Positions 43,949 through 52,476 are shown, counted from the stretch's first letter. The stretch: DNA of 64,000 nt from an uncultured Mycoplasmatota bacterium (GCA_949527715.1 CATEWF010000001.1:9883-73882); one strand, 5' to 3'. Translations and numbers: made by a program. Notes: generated from the sequence alone by a model not told the origin.

Positions 43949-44637
43949 TGGACGAATTTAATTTTATGTCAAGTATGGGATTGAATTTTACTAACTTTAA
44001 TCCCGAAAATATTCAGGTATCGGAAACAATTAATGTAACTTTTGTAATTGATAAGTCTGGTTCAGTTAATAATTATGTTGATGACCTTAACAATATTCTG
44101 AACGAGTTTTTGCACGAACTTCAAAGGTCACATGTTGCTGACCGCGTAATGGTTTCGGTAGTTGAATTTAATGAGAACATTGATGTTGTTTCAGCCTTCC
44201 ACCCTATTGCAGATGTTAAGGATTTTGAGATTAAGCCTGGTGGTATGACCAATCTTTATGGTGCAACGCTTTCTGCTCTTGAAAATGCAATTGCCTATAA
44301 GGAAGAACAGGAGAATAATGGTTTGACTTCTAAATCTCTTGTATTCATTATTACTGACGGTATGGATAATATGAATGCAACTAATGCTTCTAATATCGCA
44401 CAGAAACTGCGTGAGATTTATTCAAACGAAATGAATAGTTTCTCTTTCTCAGTTATTATGTTCGGTCTTGGTAATGAAGCAGATTTTGATAGTGCCCGTA
44501 ATGCAATGGGTATCAAACCTGAAATGCTTGCTAAGTTGGGTACTACTGCAAAGGAACTTCGTAAGATGGTTGGCTTTATTTCTTCTTCAGTTTCTTCAAG
44601 TGCCGCTGGTAATAGTATCAGTGCAGTCACTTTCTAA
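43948..44637 (+). CDS. von Willebrand factor A (vWA) domain protein, TerY-like (229 aa)
   Basis: MIDAS motif VIDKSGS, then T in GGMTNLY and D in IITDGMDN. Confidence 0.7.
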   Translation: MDEFNFMSSMGLNFTNFNPENIQVSETINVTFVIDKSGSVNNYVDDLNNILNEFLHELQRSHVADRVMVSVVEFNENIDVVSAFHPIADVKDFEIKPGGMTNLYGATLSALENAIAYKEEQENNGLTSKSLVFIITDGMDNMNATNASNIAQKLREIYSNEMNSFSFSVIMFGLGNEADFDSARNAMGIKPEMLAKLGTTAKELRKMVGFISSSVSSSAAGNSISAVTF

Positions 44638-44667
44638 GAAATGACAATATATTTTCTTAGTTTTCAT

Positions 44668-44700
44668 AAATCTACTCATTGTTTAATGGGTAGATTTTTG
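44668..44700 (+). terminator. intrinsic terminator
   Basis: AAATCTAC (44668-44675) pairs with GTAGATTT (44690-44697), running into a T-run. Confidence 0.6.
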
Positions 44701-44741
44701 CTATTTATAACTACTTATAAATATAGAATTTTTTAATAGAA

Positions 44742-47444
44742 ATGAAGTTATTTTGTGATTTAAATAAAAAGACTATTGTCATATCAGATAAGCAACAAAA
44801 AATAATAAATGAAACGATTGCTTATCACGGTTCAAAAGCAAATTTTGAAGAATTTAATATTGCGTACATTGGTTATGGTACTGGTGCGCAAGAGTTTGGC
44901 GAAGGTATATATCTTACATTCGATAAAGAAACTGCTTATAGTTATGGTGGAACTGTCTATACAGTAGAAATACCAGACATCAATGATGGAAATTATATCT
45001 ATTACGATAGACCTGTATCAGGAGAGATTTTTCCTTCAATTGTTGATGGCATTATTGCAGATTTAAAATATCAGTATCCTGATGAATATGAAACAGAAGA
45101 AAGTATTAAAGAAATTAGAAATGAATTATATGAGATATTAAATCCTTCGGAAGGAAGGTATCTTATGTATAATATACATAGATATGTAGATGACCCAGTA
45201 GTCATACCTAAAATATTAAAAAGGGCTGGTGTTACAGGGTTTATATATAATAATGGTAAAGTAACTAATGTCGTAATGTTTTCTTCAAAAGATGTTAAAA
45301 TACTTAATAAAGAACATATAGAAGAAAATAAACATTATAATGAAGACTATTTCAATCCATCTGAATTATTATCTGAAAGTAAAACATATTATGCTAATAT
45401 GGATGAAAAATTGATAATTAAAGATGGAAGAACTGCAATAAAAACTACACCGACACAATTAGAGGATAAGATAAAAGAAATTTGGAAACTTAATAAAGAA
45501 GATGAATATACTAAACTTAAATATGCACTTCATCAATTAATGGCATATCCAAAAGGTAAAAAAGGCTTGGAACAATATGCAAAAGATATTTCAAAAATAA
45601 AGTTTGATGGTGAAAATTTTGAAATAATTGGCGATATAAGGACAAATAATAATGGTATATCTTATATTATTGCTGAGTCTGGCGGTGATTGGGAAATTCC
45701 TTTGTTAGTCTTTATCTATTTTGATGGAAAACATATCAGAGGATATATACCCACATATGGTAATTGTTTTGACCAAGATAAGAAAACGGCATTTGGTAAC
45801 GGAGATGACTTAGATTATGAGTTTATTAAAAATGAATTTAAAGATGAAAAAGCAAGCCCTTATGATATAAAAAATCATTTGAAATTTAATATTGATGCTT
45901 GTATTAAAGATTTTAATAAACATATTAAAGTTACTAAAGGTAAATTAAAAGAAAGCAGAAATATCATTACAGAATGTACATTTAGAGATTTATTGATTGA
46001 AGCCGCAACAATACAAGATATATATTCAAAATACTATTCAGATATACCAGAAGATGAATTTCAACAGATAATTCAATCTGACCCTACGTGGCGAGAAGAT
46101 AAACCAGATAAAATGGGAAAGTATGGTAAATGGTTGCTTAATTTATATAAACAAAATAAATTAAAAAATGAAGATTTATATAAAGCAAAAGATTATTTAT
46201 CTTATTTTGTTAAATATTATAATAAAGTATCTGAAAAAGATATTAATAAAATAAGTGATTTACCTTCTTTATATAATATAATTCAACAATTCAAAGAAGC
46301 ATCTGATAACGGAGAAGAAATTGCTACCTCTAAATCTGATGAAGTACGAAAGATTAAGAAAGATGCCGAAAAGTTTTATGAAGATGATACTTGGTTAGTT
46401 GTAATTCCACATACACAAGAAGCATCTTGTTATTACGGAAAGAATACCCAATGGTGTACTGCTGCTACTGATAGTTATAATATGTTTCATCAATATTATA
46501 AAGATGGTTTACTTTATATTAATATAAATAAGAAAACGAACCATAAATATCAGTTCCATTTTGAAGATGCACAATTTATGGATGAACGAGACCAATTTAT
46601 TAATACACCCATTGCAAAATCTATTGGTTTAACTAGTGGTTTACTACAAGCATATATATCTAAATATGGTGGTAGGGCAGCAATAGCATTGACTTGTACA
46701 GTTGATTGGGATGCAGACGAACCAATAGAAGGTGATGACCCATTTTATGTATATGTAGATTATGATGGCTATTATCATATAGTTCAAGTAAATGGTATAA
46801 ATGTTATGCCGTGTAAAGGCTTAACAACTGATAGTCTAACTTATGATAATGATGTAAGATATTTAGGTAATGGCATTTTCTATTATCACGACTATGAGGA
46901 AAACGAATATTATGATGAAGAAACTGATGAGTATTATATTGATGGAGAATATTCTGTTAGTGATGATTGGATAATGTTTGATGCTAAAACACAAAAACGC
47001 ATTAATCTATCTGAAAATGTTGGAAGTATTACACCAATAAATGATAGTTATTTTCAATATAGAGAGAATAATATTTATCATGTATTATCTTTCTATAATA
47101 TGCAAAAATGTTTTGAAACCAAAGAATTAGTGCAATCAACAAAGTATTTTATGGAATCATACAGATACCGAAATCCTAATCGTAAATTTACTCAATATGA
47201 TGATGACCTTATTGTATTAAGAAGTTATACTAAAGATGGTAGTCAAAATAAAATTTATAATATATATGAACAAAAATATATAATACCACCATTTAAAGAC
47301 TGGTATGTAAGTATTGAACTTGATGAAAATGGTTATGAATATATTGCATTCAGAGAATATAGTCCTGGTAATGGACATTCCAATTATTGTTTACTATTAT
47401 CAGACGGAACATTAAGTCAAGTTTATGACAAAATTAATAAATGA
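44742..47444 (+). CDS. large multidomain (polyvalent-like) protein (900 aa)
   Basis: Longest ORF in the window. N-terminal AYHGS..F..F....G.GIYLT...AYSYGG.VYTVE is reminiscent of ART-like modules of phage polyvalent proteins. A central conserved Cys/Trp module reads SCYYGKNTQWCTAA. Confidence 0.75.
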   Translation: MKLFCDLNKKTIVISDKQQKIINETIAYHGSKANFEEFNIAYIGYGTGAQEFGEGIYLTFDKETAYSYGGTVYTVEIPDINDGNYIYYDRPVSGEIFPSIVDGIIADLKYQYPDEYETEESIKEIRNELYEILNPSEGRYLMYNIHRYVDDPVVIPKILKRAGVTGFIYNNGKVTNVVMFSSKDVKILNKEHIEENKHYNEDYFNPSELLSESKTYYANMDEKLIIKDGRTAIKTTPTQLEDKIKEIWKLNKEDEYTKLKYALHQLMAYPKGKKGLEQYAKDISKIKFDGENFEIIGDIRTNNNGISYIIAESGGDWEIPLLVFIYFDGKHIRGYIPTYGNCFDQDKKTAFGNGDDLDYEFIKNEFKDEKASPYDIKNHLKFNIDACIKDFNKHIKVTKGKLKESRNIITECTFRDLLIEAATIQDIYSKYYSDIPEDEFQQIIQSDPTWREDKPDKMGKYGKWLLNLYKQNKLKNEDLYKAKDYLSYFVKYYNKVSEKDINKISDLPSLYNIIQQFKEASDNGEEIATSKSDEVRKIKKDAEKFYEDDTWLVVIPHTQEASCYYGKNTQWCTAATDSYNMFHQYYKDGLLYININKKTNHKYQFHFEDAQFMDERDQFINTPIAKSIGLTSGLLQAYISKYGGRAAIALTCTVDWDADEPIEGDDPFYVYVDYDGYYHIVQVNGINVMPCKGLTTDSLTYDNDVRYLGNGIFYYHDYEENEYYDEETDEYYIDGEYSVSDDWIMFDAKTQKRINLSENVGSITPINDSYFQYRENNIYHVLSFYNMQKCFETKELVQSTKYFMESYRYRNPNRKFTQYDDDLIVLRSYTKDGSQNKIYNIYEQKYIIPPFKDWYVSIELDENGYEYIAFREYSPGNGHSNYCLLLSDGTLSQVYDKINK

Positions 47445-47929
47445 TAAATAAATATGTTTTTATGTTTAAAGAACTTATACAATTAATCAAGTGGCTTTTT
47501 AGTGGTAATCCAAATGATTACGAAGGACTTGAGTTAGTCCAAATGAAATATTTCCCATTTAAAAATTATTCTGCAATGTCTTGGTGTGGTAGAATAATTA
47601 CTCGTGAACCAGATAAGATAGACGATGTAACAATCAATCATGAAACTATACACCTTAAACAAGCACAATGTTATGGAACTTGGTTTTCATATTATCTTCG
47701 TTATTGTATCGAATGGTTAAAGGGAAATCCATTTACTAAGCCATTTAGGTCTGCTTATTATACAATACCTTATGAGGTTGAAGCATATGCTAACGAGAAT
47801 GATTTTAATTATGCATTTGTATATAATCCCGATTTAATTAGATTAAAATATAATTTAAAAAATCGAAAGAAATTATTTAAGAGTTTCAAAACCCTTAGAG
47901 AGTGGAAACAATATATTAAAACTTTATAA
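47441..47929 (+). CDS. putative HExxH zinc metallopeptidase-like protein (162 aa)
   Basis: INHETIHLKQ (HExxH) and downstream YEVEAY; ATGA overlap with the 900-aa ORF. Confidence 0.5.
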   Translation: MINKYVFMFKELIQLIKWLFSGNPNDYEGLELVQMKYFPFKNYSAMSWCGRIITREPDKIDDVTINHETIHLKQAQCYGTWFSYYLRYCIEWLKGNPFTKPFRSAYYTIPYEVEAYANENDFNYAFVYNPDLIRLKYNLKNRKKLFKSFKTLREWKQYIKTL

Positions 47930-47935
47930 GACAAA

Positions 47936-47973
47936 AGAGAGTAAGATTTGAGACTAGTCTTACTCTCTTTTTT
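47936..47973. terminator. bidirectional intrinsic terminator at the strand switch
   Basis: AGAGAGTAAGA (47936-47946) pairs with TCTTACTCTCT (47958-47968), flanked by AAAA on the left and TTTTT on the right. Confidence 0.75.
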
Positions 47974-47983
47974 TATCATATTG

Positions 47984-49918
47984 TTACTTACTATAATGTT
48001 TTATCAGTTTATCCGTAATATCTGGTAGTGATATTTTTTCATAATTTCCATCGTTTTTAAGCCATATTAGTTTTCTGTCAATTACTTTATATCCTAAATT
48101 CATTAACATTAGTGCATAGGCAGATAATTGGAATGTATAATGTGATTTAGGTTCATCAATAAAATTATCAAATGGTGATAACATTGTTACATTAAAATTT
48201 TGATTATAATCGTTTATAATAGTCTTATTTGTATTATGTGTCACAAGCATATCATAACCACAACAATATGTGTGTGTTGGACTGTCAACTTCTATACATT
48301 TAGTTTGTACAGTTTCACAATATTCAACAGACTTTATATTTCTAAAGGTATTTCTTATACTTTTTTTGTTACTAATTTTTAGTCGTCTTATTTTAAAAGG
48401 ATATATATCAGTAGCAAAACTAATATCCCACTTATCAAATATTTTTTTATTTTTACAATTATTACATTTACCTTTTGCTTTAATAACGGTTGGCTTTATA
48501 CCTAAAGAATAAAGCAGTTTCATACTAAATTCAATTTGTTCTAACTTAGTTGTTGTTAACACATATCTATTTCTGGTAGCATTATAATATCCATCAGTAT
48601 CCATTAATCCTCTAAGGATATCTAATCTTTGTTCATAAGAAGCCCTAAGATATATATTAGGAATGTGTTTATTACCTAATAAACCAAGTAATTTTAATTG
48701 GTGTGCCAACCCAAAGATAGTTCTGGTTTGTGCTTTACCAGAGCCACCCTGTGAAACATCTTTTCCGATACTATAGCCGCATTTTATTATTTCATCCCAC
48801 AATTCTTGATACATATTAGTAACTTTCCCATCTATTTTATTACCATCACCTAACCATATTCCTAACACATACGGATGAATCGGTAAATCTACTTTAGGTA
48901 ATTCTATTGGTTTAGAATTCAATATTTTAGGTACTAAATGAGGTTTTAAATTTTTTTTACCTGTTTTTTTGTTAATAGTAAAATTATTTTCATTATGTAT
49001 AAAATTAAACAATTCTTTACCTGTCATTACAATAGTTTTAAAATATCTTTCTTTAACACCATTTGGAAATCTTTCTTGAAAAAATGAAATTTCCCATCTA
49101 TGTTCTTCATCACAAATTATTTCCGTATTATTATCAAATTTGATTTTTAAACATGGATTGTTATGTATTTGAGATACATTTAATACTTTTGTTGGTTGTC
49201 CATTTTTATCAAAAACAATATCGTTTTTCTCTATATCACCCATATTTTTCCATCCATCAATTGTAGCAATGGGTGTATCAAGTGGTAGTCCTTTATAATC
49301 GTGTAAAAGAATACACCATTCACCTTTATATTTCATTGCAAAAGTAATATCAGCAGTACCACAATATAACTTTTTAATACCAAATTTATTATCCTTTGGC
49401 ATATACATTTTTACTTCAGGTATTAAAGGATAGATTTCATTAATTTTAAATATATCTTCCCAGTATTTAGATATAGCCTCTTGTTTAGAAGCACAAGGTA
49501 TTAAATATCCTTCTTCATATTGTTTAATACATGAATTACAAAATGTAGATGGTTCTAACCCACGAACAAAATTCATATAACTTTCACCAAATTCATGATG
49601 TTGGGTACCTGAATTGGTTGCTTTTAAGTTAGTTTCTCTCCATCTTCGTTTAATTACCTCAACAGGTACATCTTCTCTAATTGCAACATTTTCGGCTTTT
49701 AAATCCCAATCAACATAAGGTTCAAACTCTTTTATTAAACCACTTACTGAAACAGGGGTATCAACGCTTCCATCTTCATTGTGAATGTAATATTTATGTC
49801 CTTCTTCAATAAATTCAAGATTACTAAAAGCAGATAAAATATTTTCTCTCATTTCAGTAACTTCTTTTGGTTCAGGATTTTTCTTTAATCGTTCTTTTAT
49901 ATCAGTTATATTTATCAT
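47984..49918 (-). CDS. PD-(D/E)XK (RecB/Cas4-like) nuclease interrupted by an intein (644-aa precursor)
   Basis: Exteins carry GTADI..(n)..LLHDYK | TNKT and QLSAYAL (D...DxK...QxxxY nuclease motifs); residues about 210-562 are an intein. Confidence 0.8.
   Translation of the reverse strand: MINITDIKERLKKNPEPKEVTEMRENILSAFSNLEFIEEGHKYYIHNEDGSVDTPVSVSGLIKEFEPYVDWDLKAENVAIREDVPVEVIKRRWRETNLKATNSGTQHHEFGESYMNFVRGLEPSTFCNSCIKQYEEGYLIPCASKQEAISKYWEDIFKINEIYPLIPEVKMYMPKDNKFGIKKLYCGTADITFAMKYKGEWCILLHDYKGLPLDTPIATIDGWKNMGDIEKNDIVFDKNGQPTKVLNVSQIHNNPCLKIKFDNNTEIICDEEHRWEISFFQERFPNGVKERYFKTIVMTGKELFNFIHNENNFTINKKTGKKNLKPHLVPKILNSKPIELPKVDLPIHPYVLGIWLGDGNKIDGKVTNMYQELWDEIIKCGYSIGKDVSQGGSGKAQTRTIFGLAHQLKLLGLLGNKHIPNIYLRASYEQRLDILRGLMDTDGYYNATRNRYVLTTTKLEQIEFSMKLLYSLGIKPTVIKAKGKCNNCKNKKIFDKWDISFATDIYPFKIRRLKISNKKSIRNTFRNIKSVEYCETVQTKCIEVDSPTHTYCCGYDMLVTHNTNKTIINDYNQNFNVTMLSPFDNFIDEPKSHYTFQLSAYALMLMNLGYKVIDRKLIWLKNDGNYEKISLPDITDKLIKHYSK
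48233..49291 (-). mobile_element. intein with LAGLIDADG homing endonuclease domain, class-3-like
   Basis: Block A GLPLDTPIATIDG (Gly in place of Cys1), block B DEEHRW, LAGLIDADG motifs LGIWLGDGN and LRGLMDTDGY, block F KCIEVDSPTHTY, block G LVTHN followed by Thr+1. Confidence 0.75.
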
Positions 49919-49944
49919 AAATTATTAATTTTTCTTTATATTAA

Positions 49945-49976
49945 CAAATATACAATAAAAAATTGGTATTGCCAAA
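49945..49976 (-). promoter_or_regulatory. Bacteroidota-type promoter for the nuclease gene
   Basis: On the - strand: TTTG (49976-49973), TAtaTTTG (49952-49945), 20-nt spacer, 27 nt upstream of ATG 49918. Confidence 0.65.
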
Positions 49977-49991
49977 CTAACAATACCAATT
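49961..49991 (-). terminator. terminator hairpin with the -33 box in its loop
   Basis: AATTGGTATTG (49961-49971) pairs with CAATACCAATT (49981-49991), an 11-bp stem; a T-run follows on the - strand. Confidence 0.6.
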
Positions 49992-50023
49992 TATATTTTT
50001 TGCTAAGATATTATTTACCTAAC

Positions 50024-50353
50024 TTACTGCTTAATACAGAAATCATATATTTTTTCTACATGTTTTAAAAAATCCTCTTTCTGTAAAGTATGTTTCATAT
50101 AATTACAAATAGTACAACACGGAACACAGTTATCTTTTTGATAGCCTATATTAGGATTTAGTCTGTCTATTCCATTATAGGCAATTGGTGGTTGATGTGT
50201 ATCACCTCTTCTTTTTAGAATTTCTTTAGTCACCATTTTTGGTTCTATACCACAATAATGACAAGGTTGACTTATTAAATTATCAAATTCTTCAAAATTA
50301 AGATTAAAAGAATGATTTCTCTTATGTGCATTCCTTTTAGTAGTTCTATACAA
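50024..50353 (-). CDS. HNH endonuclease (109 aa as drawn; no ATG start)
   Basis: ..HSFNLNFEEFDNLISQPCHYCG..(n)..GIDRLNPNIGYQKDNCVPCCTICNYMKH is a phage HNH family pattern; the frame starts at a TTG and is open back to the tnpB stop codon. Confidence 0.7.
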   Translation of the reverse strand: MYRTTKRNAHKRNHSFNLNFEEFDNLISQPCHYCGIEPKMVTKEILKRRGDTHQPPIAYNGIDRLNPNIGYQKDNCVPCCTICNYMKHTLQKEDFLKHVEKIYDFCIKQ

Positions 50354-50560
50354 CCATTTTCTTAACCGTATATAAAAATCTAAGAAAAACTATGAGTTTA
50401 ACTTAGTTTCCATTTCTTGCTTCAACGAACCACTGCTTTTTAGGTTGTTTTCACAACGGTCATCCACTGTTGGGTTCTCCACAAGCGTTAATTCGGCAGT
50501 ACGGCTACCTACTAATATCTTATTCCCCTCAATCAATATGTTAATCGCAGCATTCAAATC
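50354..50560 (-). ncRNA. predicted TnpB omega-RNA (reRNA) region; boundaries not determined
   Basis: By analogy with characterised TnpB systems, the guide RNA scaffold overlaps the 3' end of tnpB and runs to the element right end; this stretch is locally GC-richer. Confidence 0.3.
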
Positions 50561-51646
50561 TCTGTCGTGATGTTCTCCACACATAGGGCAAGTCCACTCT
50601 CGCTCACCAAGTGACAAGTTCTTGTAAACATAACCACATTCGTGACAAGTTTTGGAACTCGCAAACCATCGGTCAACTTCGATAATAAACTTATCATTCA
50701 ACATTGCCTTATTCTTCAATGTATTCTTGAATGTGTAAAACCCAAGGTCTTGAATGGCTTTCGCCAATTTGTGGTTTTTCAACATTCCTTGAACATTGAG
50801 ATTTTCCATAAAAACATAATCATATGTTTTAAGTAGTGAATTTGCAATGAAATGGATATAGTCTAAACGTTGATTACTTAAATGTTCAAATACTTTCGCA
50901 AGTTTCCTTCTTGCTTTATTTCTGTTATTTGAACCTTTGGTTTTCTTGGAAAGTTGACGTTGGAGTTGCTTAATTTTATCTTCACTTCTTTTAAAGAAAT
51001 GTTTATTTTCAAACACTTCTCCATCAGAAGTTATAACAAAATCCTTGATGCCAAGGTCAATACCAACACGATTATCAGTATGTCTGAATTGTTTGAATTC
51101 CTTTTCGTTCATTGATAAAAGGACTGACAAAAAGAAATTACCACTCTTGGTTTTCGATAAGGTAGCACTCTTGATATTGTCTTTATATCTTTGCAATCTC
51201 TCAAAATAGAGATTTGAACAACGGAATTTAATGTTTTTCAGACTTTTGGTTAAGGAAATATGTTTCGTTTCAAATGTATTTGATTTGGATATTGCTTCAC
51301 AAGGGAACAATGCTGAGTTATTATCATGTTTGGACTTGAATTTTGGAAACCCTTTACCAAGTTTAAAGAAGCCGTCATAGGCAGATAACATTTGTCTTAT
51401 GGCTTGTTTCATCACTTTGGTATTTTGTTCTTTTAACCAAACATAATTTTCATCTTTCAGTAAAGTTCCATGAAAATATTTAGATAAATCAGTTAAACCT
51501 AAATTTGTTTTATTTTCGTTATATGTATTTTGTTTAAGAGCGAGCATTTGATTATAGACAAAACGATAACTACCAAGCACCTTATTAAGTGTTTGTTCTT
51601 GTGTCTTGTTAGGGTATAATCTTATTTTAACTGCTCTTAACATCAT
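50390..51646 (-). CDS. tnpB: TnpB RNA-guided endonuclease (IS605 OrfB family, 418 aa)
   Basis: N-terminal MLRAVKIRLYPNKTQEQ.L, RuvC-I VGIDLGIKDF, RuvC-II VFMENLNV, zinc finger CHECGYV..(n)..CPMCGEHHDRDLNAAINI containing the RuvC-III Asp. Confidence 0.9.
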   Translation of the reverse strand: MMLRAVKIRLYPNKTQEQTLNKVLGSYRFVYNQMLALKQNTYNENKTNLGLTDLSKYFHGTLLKDENYVWLKEQNTKVMKQAIRQMLSAYDGFFKLGKGFPKFKSKHDNNSALFPCEAISKSNTFETKHISLTKSLKNIKFRCSNLYFERLQRYKDNIKSATLSKTKSGNFFLSVLLSMNEKEFKQFRHTDNRVGIDLGIKDFVITSDGEVFENKHFFKRSEDKIKQLQRQLSKKTKGSNNRNKARRKLAKVFEHLSNQRLDYIHFIANSLLKTYDYVFMENLNVQGMLKNHKLAKAIQDLGFYTFKNTLKNKAMLNDKFIIEVDRWFASSKTCHECGYVYKNLSLGEREWTCPMCGEHHDRDLNAAINILIEGNKILVGSRTAELTLVENPTVDDRCENNLKSSGSLKQEMETKLNS

Positions 51647-51718
51647 AAATCAAACAAATGGGTTGATAACCCTTTCTATATATAAATATATTGTTAACAT
51701 AAAAAATGCCAAAAATTA

Positions 51719-52009
51719 TCAATTTTTCTTAATTTTTATGTTAACAGTTCTTAACCCTAATTGATGTTCTTTATTAAATTTAGCATCAACTCTTTCCTTC
51801 AATTTATAAAGATAACACCCTTGACTAATATATTCTTGACCAGTGTTCATATTAATACACTTCCACTTAGTTATAAAACATTTATTTGTAGGTATTCTAA
51901 TTTCTTCTATTACTTTATATACACCAAACACATCTCCAATTTTAACTGGGTATTTTAAAGCATTTTTCTTTATACTTCTATAATTAACACATGATTGTTG
52001 ATTTTCCAT
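51719..52009 (-). CDS. hypothetical protein (96 aa)
   Basis: ATG ORF ending 72 nt upstream of tnpB. Confidence 0.55.
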   Translation of the reverse strand: MENQQSCVNYRSIKKNALKYPVKIGDVFGVYKVIEEIRIPTNKCFITKWKCINMNTGQEYISQGCYLYKLKERVDAKFNKEHQLGLRTVNIKIKKN

Positions 52010-52032
52010 AATCAGGTTTAAAAATACTATTT

Positions 52033-52473
52033 TTATTCTTCATAATTGAAATCATTTTTAATCATATCATCTATATCATCTTGGTCTATTCCCCAATCTT
52101 GTATGAAACCATTTTCATCAATCGTCATTAAAACATAATCACCATATCCGCTATCGTCAATAGCGAAACAATCTGGAACATAAGAACTTATTTTCTTGAT
52201 TACATTTTTGTTCTCGTCAAATAGGGTATATTCACCATCATCACACACTTTATAATGTGTACAAGCAGTATTTCCTTTAACCCAGTTAAGTATCTGACCG
52301 TTATCAACATTAATCTCTAATACCCATCTATCATCTTCAATACAAGGCATTTTTGGTTCATCTGCATCATCTTCTTTACCATTTAAATAAGCATCTTCCC
52401 AATATCTAACACCAAAATCGGCTTTAATATATTTTAAATCATACTCTTTTTTAATTTTAAGTTCAACTTTCAT
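52033..52473 (-). CDS. acidic hypothetical protein (146 aa)
   Basis: ATG ORF on the - coding strand; D/E-rich. Confidence 0.65.
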   Translation of the reverse strand: MKVELKIKKEYDLKYIKADFGVRYWEDAYLNGKEDDADEPKMPCIEDDRWVLEINVDNGQILNWVKGNTACTHYKVCDDGEYTLFDENKNVIKKISSYVPDCFAIDDSGYGDYVLMTIDENGFIQDWGIDQDDIDDMIKNDFNYEE

Positions 52474-52476
52474 AAT

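Larger units (their letters stand above)
50354..51718 (-). mobile_element. solo-TnpB (IS200/IS605-family, IS1341-like) element; approximate ends
   Basis: tnpB without tnpA; GGGTTGATAACCC hairpin (about 51662-51674) in the 72-nt 5' flank; same-strand ORFs abut both sides. Confidence 0.5.

Noticed and set aside
234-44630. Minus-strand ORFs from the track inside the + strand block (234..467, 1492..1764, 2295..2525, 4419..4712, 6827..7036, 7966..8232, 9776..10000, 10336..10767, 13140..13505, 14395..14637, 14769..15029, 17106..17333, 19562..19889, 23484..23943, 24645..24854, 25508..25747, 30582..30764, 32986..33342, 33972..34307, 35242..35457, 37080..37274, 37704..37952, 41319..41590, 44418..44630)
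   Set aside because: All are antisense to longer ORFs that have promoters, recognisable domains or tight gene packing. They have low-complexity I/F/L/K/N-rich translations typical of the reverse strand of AT-rich coding sequence, and none has a promoter cassette.
39394-44637. A complete TerY-P triad (vWA, PP2C phosphatase, Ser/Thr kinase)
   Set aside because: No PP2C-like phosphatase motif was recognisable. The kinase and vWA genes are separated by unrelated genes with their own promoters and terminators. Only a loose association is reported.
50024-52009. The HNH gene as a single gene split by the TnpB insertion, with 51719..52009 as the N-terminal half and 50024..50353 as the C-terminal half
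   Set aside because: All three ORFs share the same coordinate frame and abut the element. However, the 109-aa HNH fragment already spans the full length typical of this small HNH family (..KRNHSFNLNFEEF..CHYCG..CCTICNYMKH). The 96-aa upstream ORF shows no motif that must belong to it. This is kept only as a remote possibility, to be tested with empty-site relatives.
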